Below are positions 1 to 12,100 of a DNA stretch of 64,000 nucleotides, piece by piece. The first letter of the stretch is position 1, and each line of letters begins with the position of its first letter. Source of the stretch: Mytilus californianus. Its lineage: Eukaryota. The stretch lies in contig NW_026262712.1 in assembly GCF_021869535.1 (NCBI RefSeq), positions 4,588,001 to 4,652,000 on the forward strand, read 5' to 3'. Below the pieces are notes generated by a model, which saw only the letters and a program-made list of their open reading frames with translations, made no database searches and was not told the DNA's origin. Position numbers and translations under genes: made by a program.

Positions 1-2
1 AG

Positions 3-119
3 CTTGGATGTCAAAATACCAGCCCAGAAAGAAACTACTGCTGGAGTTTATACGTCCAAGAATTAGGCAGCTATTTAGAAATATACATCGGGATCAGTGT
101 GACGTGTATTGTTTGTCAG
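3..119 (+). CDS. Gene A exon: repeat 1, end of large extracellular loop and TM4
   Basis: AG at 1-2; LGCQNTSPERNYCWSLYVQELGSYLEIYIGISVTCIVCQ|gtattt; same 117-nt length as, and homologous to, gene B 44504-44620. Confidence 0.85.
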
Positions 120-3100
120 GTATTTATCAATACAATGTACAGCTTTTAAAAATGCAATTTTTAAGTGACCATTTAAAATGATTTACGTAGCGATAAAATC
201 TTAAGCAATGATAAAAGTATTTTACAAGTTCAATTCTAACGGAGCACGTTTACTCTTCCAGCCCACCTTAGATCACACTCAGTGATAGTGGGGCTCGTGT
301 TTCTAATTTGTTTTGTTTTCTATGCAGTGTTTTTTTTTCAAATTGTTTGTTGTTTAGTGGTTTTCATTTTTTTGACATGGCGTTGTCAGTTTAAAGTTTT
401 TAATATTCCCTTGGTATCCTCTACCTCTTTTGTTAGTTGTATTGTATTGCCTATTTGGTGAAGTTCGTGTTGTTTAGTTTTTAGTTTTCCATGTTGTGTT
501 TTATATACTGTCATTTGTCTTTGATCGTTTTTCTTTTCTTGTCATAGCAATTAATAGATTACCTAGGTATGGCAAAACCTTTCGGAATTTTGGGTCCTCA
601 ATGCTCCTCACTTTCGCCATTTTATTTTGCCTTTTTAACACTTTTAATTCGAGCGTCACTGATGAGTCTTGTAAACGAAACGCACGTTTTGCGTACAACA
701 TTTTATTACCGGTATCTTTGAAGTGTTTATTATCAGTTCGCTTTCGACTTAAGAGTTTAATATCACTTTGGTATCCATTGCATTCTTAATAACAATTATA
801 AAAAACCAAAAGACAAAAACATATAATAACTTATTAATTACATAAACCAGACGGACAAATATAGGAAAGAACAAAATAAACACAGGAGAGTAATATCAAA
901 TAATGAAAAACAACACGCTATAAGTTCCATGCATTCAAAGCGCTTTTCTAGATTTACATTCAAGGTAGTCTTTCTTTTAATCCAAACTTTTTGTCCGATT
1001 CTATAAAGTTAACTGTTTATAGAAGTCTAAGATAAAGTTACATTTAAGTTATCGTTGTGTTCATATAAGTTGTAAGATATTTCAATTTGAGATTAAATGA
1101 CATGTCCTTAGTGAGATTGAATAATGTGATATCAACGATGTGGTGAAATAACTTAATCAGATAAGATGTTTTTAGTTATTGTAATATTACTATTATAGAT
1201 ATGTTCAATAGTTGCAGCCGAATACATATTCCGTAAACTAGAATTTAAAGAAAAGAAACCAAGCATTTCAGAGAATAAGTATTACCTATTGTTGAGTTTA
1301 AAACATGGTATATTACGAAGTTTGATGATCTTCATAAAGGATAATTGGAGCAGGTAAAATATAGCATTGTTTCAATCGGGCAATGCATTTGTCAGTTAAT
1401 TATAGTAATCTAGTTAGTGTAGAATAACAGGATATTTTATTAGATATAACATTTTATAAGTAACTATCGGTGTCATATCTTATTTGTAAAAAAATATTAA
1501 CATTTTCATACTTTTTTAGCAAAAGACGACAAAACGTATAATGCTAATCAAAAACCTTTCAAAACTCTGAGGTTTTATTCGACAAGTTGGACAAAATTGA
1601 GATTAAGAATAAAGGCTGTTAACGTTAATGAAAATTTAACTTAGTATTTGATAACACCATTGAAGAAACATTAATTGTCGAAATGCGCATTTGGTGCAGT
1701 AACATTAGTACCGTTATATTATTAAACTATTTTTCGTTCCAGGTCAAAAGTTGTATTTGCATCGGTCATACTTAAAATAAGCTCACTTGTAAGTAATGGT
1801 ATATATGAACTAGCTGTCATCAAACAATGAAATCAACACGTTATAAATTTTTTGCGTCTGAAGCGCTTATTTAGATTGACCTTCATCGGGAACGCTCAAA
1901 GCCGAATATTGAAAGCCAAGGATGAATAAGAACCGAAACAGTTAAAGAGCGATATAGCCAAAAAGGGCATAAACAAAAATCGATTTAAGGCCAACTTTGC
2001 TTTAAGGAGTTAAAGCCCCTACTTTCTATAAACCGACAATTTTAGAAAGGTTTGTTATAAATGATGTCAAAATCGAAATACTGATTTTTTAGCTGATGAT
2101 ACACTCGGGATCTGAAAGTCCACCAACAGAGGTACAGACCCAGTGCTGTAAAAAAAGAAAAAAACACATGATAAATGTCATGCGCCTGAGGTCCTTTTCT
2201 GGATTTACCTTTACCAGGAATGCTCCAATAACTTTGCGACTTTCCCATAATATTCATCATTCGTAGTAGAAATGTAAATGACATCACAATTTTGCTTACT
2301 TGATTACGTATTTTTTCATCACGTTTATATCTTGCTGGCGTTATTATAGAATTGTAAGTCTTTCACAATGTGATGTGGCATCAAATTGCTTCAATGTTAA
2401 TTATAAATTTCGCCTCGGTCTTTAAATAAATCTATAAGAAGTATCTACTGATACGCACAAATCTGAAACTTAATACACCTTAGTATGCCATTTAATGCTG
2501 CAACAGATACAAAAAGAAAAAGGAAATAGAAAAGAAAAGCAAATTCCACTTTAGTTCTACGCTCAATAATATAATACAAAAATAAAAAAGATAATGTATA
2601 CTTGCCAATGAAATAACTCTCCACCAGAGACAACATGGCCATACAGCCTCTACCAATGAGCAAAAACAATATTGCATATCTAACTATAATTCCCCGAAAT
2701 GACAAATGTAAAACAGTTTAAAATAAAAAAAAAAAAAAGAGAACGGCCAGATTTATGTACAAAACAATGAACGAAAAATAAATATGATACAAAGCAACAA
2801 ACGAAAACCACTGAATTACAGGCTCATGACTTGGGACAGGCACATACAGAATTTGGCGAGGATACATTAGTTTGCTGGCGATAAACCTTGTCCCCAACAT
2901 TGAACCTAAACTTAGTTCATATATTTTAGGTAGCAGGTCTTGGGCTTCTTGGACTAGGATTAACTCTAATAGGAGACGTTTTTATTAGTGATGGCTCTCT
3001 TAGACATATATTTTATAAGATGCAGTTTTACCATTACTATTTCTATGATATACTAGTGGGTCTAGCTGCAGCATCGGTTGTCATTGGAATATGTACTTTG

Positions 3101-6100
3101 TTGTTGGCAGTTCTTGGCTTAGTTGGATCCTGGAGAAAATCGCAACGCTTTCTTATTACGGTACGTAGATAACAAACAAAAAGATATTTGATAATGATTG
3201 ACAAATCGTACGATTGATGGCTTCAAATTTCTAACTGTAAAAAATGTCACACAACTCCATATAAAACCTACAAAAATTTGTACGTTTTGGAATACTTATA
3301 TAGAATATACCTCTCCGGTAAAATACCACCGGATAATGTTGACACCATTTTAAACCTCGTTTTAACAATTGTAATGCATAAAAATTCTGTCTTTTTCGCT
3401 TTTGTTGGTTGGTGTTTCAACAGAAGAAAAATCCAATTCTCTTGCAATATGCATTCAAACAAAAAATTCTAATAAAAATACAGATAGATATATATTGGAG
3501 ACCCAGGTGCATTAATTTATTTCCCTGTACAACTCTAATACATGCACGATATTTCTGAGGTCTCAAATTTGTTTTCAAAGGCATGTTTATATTATTATGT
3601 TTTTCCCTGCTTTGTACTCAATTTATGTGCACTTGGCAGCAAATTAGGAATGACAGATTTTCAAAGTTAAGGTCTACCCCAAAAAAAAAAAAGAAACATA
3701 GAACATAGTTCTTCAGTTATTTTTTTCCTGTCTGTTGTGTTTTATATCCCGAAAATGATTTCTGTTTGTCATTAAAAATACCTTTTTATTCAAAATTCAA
3801 GCTCTTAAAGAATCGATTTTATTTTTACAACTATCAGATTCTCAGCACAATACTAAAGGTCTGGCGCGAACAACTTTATATTCAAATTAACATAATTTGA
3901 AAATATGTGATGTAGGACATAATACTCACTCGATGACTTTCATTTGTTGTAATAGTAATTAATTAGTTTAATTGTAAATTATCTGAAGATGTAAACAAAA
4001 TTAACGATCTGCATAGTGTGTGTTTCATTCTTGTTTAGTCTGAAATATACCGTGAGATGTTAAGTTAGACATTTTAATTTTTGTCTTTGCGAAATAAGTC
4101 ATCATTCCTTTGAATTACATCACTTTAACCATATTTTCTCACTTCATTGAACATGTTGAAACCTTTCATTCTAGAGCTCTGTTCTGTCTTTTGCTTTGCA
4201 TATACCAAGAATTATTGCAGTTGTATTATGGATAGTTTTTATTGAAGAGGTAAGCAATAGTATTTCTATCTTTTTATTGTTTAGTAAAAAGTAGATTTAC
4301 GGAAAGCCATACTTGACCCTATGATTGAGTATATTACAACTAAAAAACAACAATACAAATTTCACATTGAATTTGTACTATTAGTGCAAAATATCTTCTT
4401 TTGTCTATGTTTATATGTTCCGTAATTCATGTACGATTTTAGCATGCTTTATATTAAGACCCAATTTTTGGAGTCTATGATTTCAATATAAACATTGACA
4501 CATTATGGCATATTTCGAAATGTAGGTTGCGGCAATACGTCCTGAACATAAAATTCAAATCTATCTTAGGTCAATTTTGCCTGAATGAGTGTTTAACTGG
4601 CATTAAAATATATTAGTGACCTAAATGATATGAACAGATTGCTCGAATAATAATTTTATTTTGCTTTCTAACATTTACCCTTCTGAGCTTGATGTTTTTT
4701 ATCTTGAACAATGTGCTTCACATTTTAGTTCAAATAAGGATCCTACTGCTTTTGACTTATAATATCAGTATTATTATACCATGTACTTGTGATTTAGAAT
4801 ATTTGAATATGACATACAACCTTTTGTCGTGTATATTTGCTCCATTTGATGGTTTTACTAGGATTTATGGATACAGCAAACTAATAAAAAAATCAGCTAT
4901 TCGTTTTGTCAAGAAAGTGTAGGATTTGTAACAACCATTGTTGCCCTATCAAAATAGTAACAGCGATATCTGTCATCCTTATAATAAAGTTTTATTGATA
5001 AATGAAAACATCACGTTATAAATTTCAATGCGTAAAAACGGCATTTCAAGTCTAACAATTTTGGTTAACAAATATTTCAACCATACCAAAATGGTGGAAC
5101 AAACAGTAAACCTTTCGGTATATATTCTATTTAATATAGAAATATTCTGCAAAAATTTGTCCTTAAAACGTAACATAACTTCCTTTGCAGATCAACGATG
5201 GTATGAAATTTCAGTTATGGTTACAACAATTAGGATATTTTTATGGAGGCAACGGAAATGAAATCACGGGAAAGTGGAATGACATGATTATGACTGTAAG
5301 ACATATTACACATAAACATGGTTATTATGAACCTTTTTTTTTTAGATATTCTTGTGTACTGACATTTAAAATTTGTGAGATCAATGATAATGTACGTGAG
5401 ACTAGATACGTGTTGCTTTTTTTTTTATCTATCAAGAAACATGCGTATACATTTTGTACTTCAGATGGAACATAAATATAAAGGAAAGATTATCAGAATA
5501 AGTTGCAAATTGTATGGCAGATGATCTCTACGATTTAGGCTAATGCAAAGACAAATTGAAAGACAAGATTATTTCTTATTTGTCATATGACGGATAAAAC
5601 CGAAAAAAAAGATAACATCATCGAAATTTTGGTAATTTTCAAAGGCGTTTGAAGATGTTTCAATACATGAAGACTAAAATTAAACTACGAACGTACCAAT
5701 TATCAATAAAACATCAATTGAATACATATCAATTGCTAAGATAAAATGCAGTGACATATACTGTATATTAAGTAATAGTAAGGGTTGTGGCTAATCCTGT
5801 TCAAATGCAAACATATATGAAATCAATAACAATGGACGTCACAGAATAAGGCATGACTACATGATATTATGTTCTATGAATATGTTTTCAGCTGCAGTGT
5901 TGTGGTGTCAATTATTACTCCGAAACACATACGACCCAGGGAATACAGTTCTGTTGTAAAAATGCTCATCCCAGAATACTAGACAAAGAAGATCCAAACA
6001 CAAATTCATATAGTGAAATTTTCAATTATTTTGGTGGCTGTGGTGGGTACAAAACAGATGTAAGCCTGTTAAACACTTGATAATAAATCAGTTGCTTAAA

Positions 6101-9100
6101 ATCTGTTTACTATAACCTTATTGCTACACATTTAACAGAAAGGTCGCGGTCAAGTGTAACCACATTGGTTATGAGTAAGCTTGTCAAAAACAGGACGTAA
6201 TTGTACAGTCATAGATTTTAATACATCAGCATGAATAAACATAAATTTGAGATAGCTAACGTTATGTGTCGTTTGACCAAAAATGATAAAACAAAAATCC
6301 GGAATAAAATATTGCATACGCTTCTGTATCCACACGCACAAAACATGTTAATTCAAAAACCCATCTATTTTATCAACCCAAAATGTAAAAAAAATTCAAT
6401 ATTGGAATACATAACCGGCCTTAATAATTATCTACTCTTACAAAAATGACTTGCAAAGACAAACAACAAAGTCGATTGACACATACATCGTAGTTAAAAA
6501 TGTACAGTTATAATATATCTTTCTGTGAGAAGAAAAGAATGTATAAACAATCTTAACCATTGCATGTCTATCTGTATATCGTAGAAGTAAAAAACCTGAT
6601 AACTAATAAATATACAATTAACCTGATCAAGAAAACGAATAGTTATATAATTCTCTAGCTACTACAGGAAGCTATAGCTTTCAGTTTGAAATGTTTTCTC
6701 AAAAATGAAAAAAATAAAACTGCTGCTACCACTCTAGTAACAGAATATTTAAAAATATGTTTAAACGTTAAAAAAAAATTCCTCAAGAAATTTAAGTTTA
6801 ATTTGTACATTTTATAAAAAACAGTTGTATTCAAAATAAAGCAATAGATAAAATTAGTTGGTATAAATACTGTTATGGTACAAGTACGTTTTGAACATAT
6901 ATAAGTCTTTACTTTAAGACATGTGCAGAAGTAATATTGGAAAAGACTGAGATGTTTGTTGGATGGTTTCTTACGATCTTGTTGCTGCAAATTGTTTTAG
7001 AGGTATATAAATATAATGTAATATATTTTTTGTTTGTTTTTGGGGTGTCAAACTATGTAAGTTGATATATTCGAAGCATATGTAAAAGTAAAAAAAATAT
7101 ATCAAATAAACAGAAAAAAACAACATACAAACCATAAGTAAATAAAGAAAAAAATAAAAATTGATATTGAAAAAAATACATCAAGGATATATCATTAGCA
7201 ACTTTATATATATATTTACCCACAACTTATTTGTAATGTTTCTGATGATTCATTTCTATTATGAAGTATTAAAAAAAATATGTGATTACTTAATCGGCGC
7301 ACCTGGTTATATATTTCGAGGGGTACTTTTAAATTTTCAATTGATGCATCTCAGTGAATCATTCTACAAAGTTGCATATATATTGTTTGCCTTAGATCAT
7401 CGGTGGCCTGTTTGTGAACAAGGAATATTCAGATATACTGTCGACGGAAAAACCAGACAGCTCAACAGGAGATGAAATGAATACAAAGTCTGTAATATTT
7501 AGAAAAATTTTCAGAGGAATGAAATCTTTCTTTTTAAGTAACTGGAAAAGGTAATTGAACAAATAAGTAAATGCTATTTTATTTTTTTTTTAGGTATATG
7601 GTTAATTATAGTTGTACATGACGAATAACGCGTATTATTTATATATTTAACTCTGTAAAACAGAAGCATAGATATAATTTCGTACCATTATTATTTTGTT
7701 ATTACTAAAAAGAAAGTGTGAGCAAGTATCAACATAATCTATTTAGATATTTGATGTATACTCAGTTTTTAATACATGTCATCTGCTAATTTTTTGTTAA
7801 TATAAATTAGCGATGAATTCAACAAAGATGCAGAAGCTCATTTACACAGGCGCTCTTATGCTTTTAATGCCAATTTTACCTATCTTGTCTGTTTGTTTTG
7901 TTCACATATTGTTGTTAATATAATGGCATTTTATGCGACTGTCATGCAAGTGAGAGGTTTAGATACCTTTGAAACAAGGTTCAATCCACCCTTTTCTACT
8001 AAAGAAAATGCCTGTTCCAAGTCAGGAAGATGACAGTTGTTGTCCATTCGTTTAATGTGTTTGAGATTTTGATTTTGCCATTTGATTAGACACTTTCTGA
8101 TTTAAATTTTCCACGGAGTTTTGGTATTTTTTTTATTTTACATTTTTTGTAGTTTATGTCTTAGTGATTCAGATATGTACCCTCTAGTAAAAATGACCTA
8201 ACAAAATTGACCACCTTCCCCAAGAGCAGATAAACAAATAATAAAAAATAAACATAAAATATCAATCAATACAATGACTGTATTTTTTTCTGAACCAGAA
8301 GCACATTTTGACAATTATATTTCATTAGTGTTGCTCGATGCAAAAGTATTTAAAAATCCAAATATACGAGCTTAGAAACAAAAAATAGACAAACAATATA
8401 GCCATAGCCAGACAATGAATAAGAGCTTTGCATGAGTGAGATATTCCTTAATGTTGAGCAATTGTCAATAGTCCACAATCGGAGTTATATATAACACTCT
8501 AGTATAAAGTCATCCATATCTATTTAATGAAAATCATGTATAATGATTTTAATCTACGACAAATCATGTTTTTAATATAAAACTTTACTTACATTATAGG
8601 TCTAAATTAACCTTAGTACGCTTCACATCTCTCGGAACTATATTTGTAAGTATATTTTTTATCTTATCAAGCTGTATATGTTAATTATGGAATCATTGGT
8701 GTTTCTTGTTTTTTCAATTTTTCAGTATTCTTAGAATTTTTAGGAAGGGATATTGACTTATACAATATATAAGGTATATCTCATTTTAGACAATAACCAA
8801 CCGTACAACAGAATGATCATCTACGAATGCTTAATCACATTACGAGATAATAACGTCTTTAATTAGATAATTTCGTAAGATACTAATTCTACCCCTTCAA
8901 AAGAGTAGACAACTTTAGATAAATTAACTAAACCCTTACGGTTCGTTTTCTGACGTTAAATGTAGCAGAATAAACATTAGATTGACAAAGTTAAAAATAA
9001 CAAATACTATACATCAGATTGCGTTTTGCATCGGGTTGTGCCGAAGATATTTGAGTTCAATCCTTTAATCAATATTTGCCTTGCATGACCACGTATAATC

Positions 9101-12100
9101 CAAGGAAATGAGCCACAAAATGTTTACAAATTGAAAATTACTGAGTAAAGAATAAATGAAATTAGACAAATGCAAACATTTCTCCAACTGTTCATGATAT
9201 GTGTGTGAGCTAAACGCTGTTAAACGAGATTGTCTAAAAAAGAACTAAGTAACGTTGCATGTAATTTTACAAAGTCTTTATTGTTGTTTGTCAAATAACT
9301 ACTATGAATATTTGTTTCAATCTTACAGATGTGTAGCCTTGTGGTGCTTTGTCTAGCCATCAATATAAGATACGACAAAGTTTTTGGAAACTCGGATATA
9401 CAAGACATATTCTCAAGAATCAATGTTACCGACCATACCTTCACAAGGGCCGTCAACATATTTTCCATTGTGACTGTCACCTTTTCGTCTGTATCTATAT
9501 CAGTTGTTATATTTTCCATCTTTGTTATGGCTTTACCAAAATGGAAATCAGTTCTGAATATTGTGGTGAGACTTTTAATATTTGAATGCTGTGAAATAAT
9601 GTTTGACCGTTATTTTGTTTCAGGATCATAATTCATTGAGGTTTAAAGCATTGGCGTATCTTGTATAGGATAACTTTACAGAAAATGTACTTTATCTATT
9701 ATGCAAATGAATGTTCTGTTCATGATAAACGCTTATTTGAAATATCGATAAAACGCTAAACACTGATAGTTATCCCTAGGTCAATGATAACAAATTTCAA
9801 GTAGAGTTACGGGTTTAAATCATGATCTGATGAAGTGTTCTCGTATTTACTTGATATCTATAAAATTGGAGATTTTGTTCACGATATCAAAAAAAAAAAG
9901 AATATGTAATTACTTGCTAGAAGTTGTATGCGTTTTTTTCCAATTGTGTGTTTGCTTGCACTCCTTATGTACTTTGAATAACCAAAAATTAAAAAAAAAG
10001 ACAATTAATAAACTGTTGAAAACTATAGTTGGTATAATTTAATGGGACAATATATATAGCTGAAAACAAAGTCCATGAAAATCTAAAGTAATTATGGTAA
10101 TAGCACAAATATATCTAGAATATAGAAATGTATAAAATTAATTCATTTATGAAGCCAAAACCTCAACAATATAATAACAAAACCCACATTCAAATCAAGT
10201 TAAGCATACCATTTTTAATTTATAGACTGCAGGGTTATTGAGTGCTGTGGTAGTTGCCAACATTGTACAAATAGGATTATGGGGAAAGTTCTTGGCAGGA
10301 GTAAGTTGACCAATAAGATGATGTATGTATTGATAATGTCTTTGAAAGAGGCGTACGTGTTACATAGTTTTATTATGTGTTGGTAACGTTAGTGAAACAA
10401 AATTAATGATCTTTGCTTATATGTTAACTTAACTAATTACAGTCAAAGCTTTTAGAAAAAAAAAAATCATAATTCTATAGCATTACAATTATAGAAAAAG
10501 ACATCAATTGTATTACATATCAACACAATAGTGCTAGCAAGTGATAATCTCGGGCACGGAACAGTAAACAACAGTAGCATCAAAATAAATTAAATATACT
10601 AGGCTTATAACTTTGTACAACAGACGTCCGCTCTGTCTACTGTAGAGTCTTCAATTGCACACGAATCAAACAATATGAAGTTGAAATATAAACAAACTAA
10701 AGTGAACAGTAATCACCATAATATTTAAATATGTAACGAAAAAAATGTTTTCTAGCCATATAAGTGTATACAATTCCCATTTGGAGTCTTCTATTTTATA
10801 GATAACATTTCTGAAGTCCAAATATAAAATTCAAATGTAATCATGATTACGACTTTGAGGTTTGCAAATGAAATCGACACTTGGAGAGCATACTTTTGTT
10901 TTTGTTTGTTTTCTATGTCCTTTTGTTATTAATTTTAATTCGACATCTTTATTTATGTATTACAAGGAGAGACGGAATAAACTAAAAGCATATCTGAACT
11001 CACGAGTTATAGTCAAAACGACAAACAACCAAACAATACAGTCTACAACATTTAAAAAATACAGCAATACAAACTAAAGACTGAGCAACACAAACAACAC
11101 AAGAAAATCTGGAGATGATATGTACTATAATGATATATAATAAAAGATTATGGAGAAAATCGTCAAAACAATTTTGCTGTCATCATCACTGAATATTTGA
11201 ATTTGGTTAAAGGTTTCATCAGAGCTAGAAAATGAACTAAGGGCACAATTTGTTAGTCAAGATGGCGGCTATCAGTACTCTCAGAATTCAGCAACATATG
11301 ACACGTCATTATCACTCTCTTGGAACACGCTTTTTGTACAGGTATGACTTAGGAAGATGATTTAAAAATCTTAAGATGTAAAGAAAATATTTGTTTTTAG
11401 TCAATAAACCAATAGTTTAATAATGAATAAACAAGAGTGACAAAGACATCTGGCGTATTTTAGTCATTCAATTTGTAAGAACTACTTTTCTTTATTCAAT
11501 GAAATTTGCTGTACAAAATATTAAACATAACTATAGAATTTACAATTATATGTATCTACATGGCATAGATAGTTTTTCTGTTTCGAAAAAAATATATACT
11601 TTTATGGGGGTATATAAAAACCGTACCAAATTTTTAAACATGGCAGCAAAAAACCAAAGAAAAATAAAAGTGAAGTTCGTTATCGCTTTATATAAAAAGT
11701 ATGTCTCTGTCCTTAATCTGTCTAAATAACTTCATTAAAACTCATTAGAAACTATGATCTTACAATGTACTGTAAACCAACTTTTTTTCGCGGATACTTC
11801 AATTTGCATGTAGCACTGTCTAACCCACTATACGCCGATTACACATCACGATTTTCAAATTCACTTTATGTAATGCAATTAGACAAAACAATGTTAGATA
11901 AGGAAAGATCCTAGTTTAAATTTTTATAATGATTTATATTCGCGTGATTTTACCACTCGCGAAAATCGTTAAAATTAATTGCTCGCAAGTTGGTTTAAAG
12001 TATTGGAAAGGACTGCAAAATATTTGGAAAAGTACGCAATTTAAAATATTGTGAGTGATTTTAAGAAACAGTGCAATCATGGATATTATTTTTCAACCTT

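Noticed and set aside
1325-1353. ATG 1325 (MIFIKDNWSR) as the start of gene A
   Set aside because: The frame stays open back to an acceptor at 1198, giving a 155-nt linker exon homologous to gene B 43534-43685, and a TM4 exon lies at 3-119.
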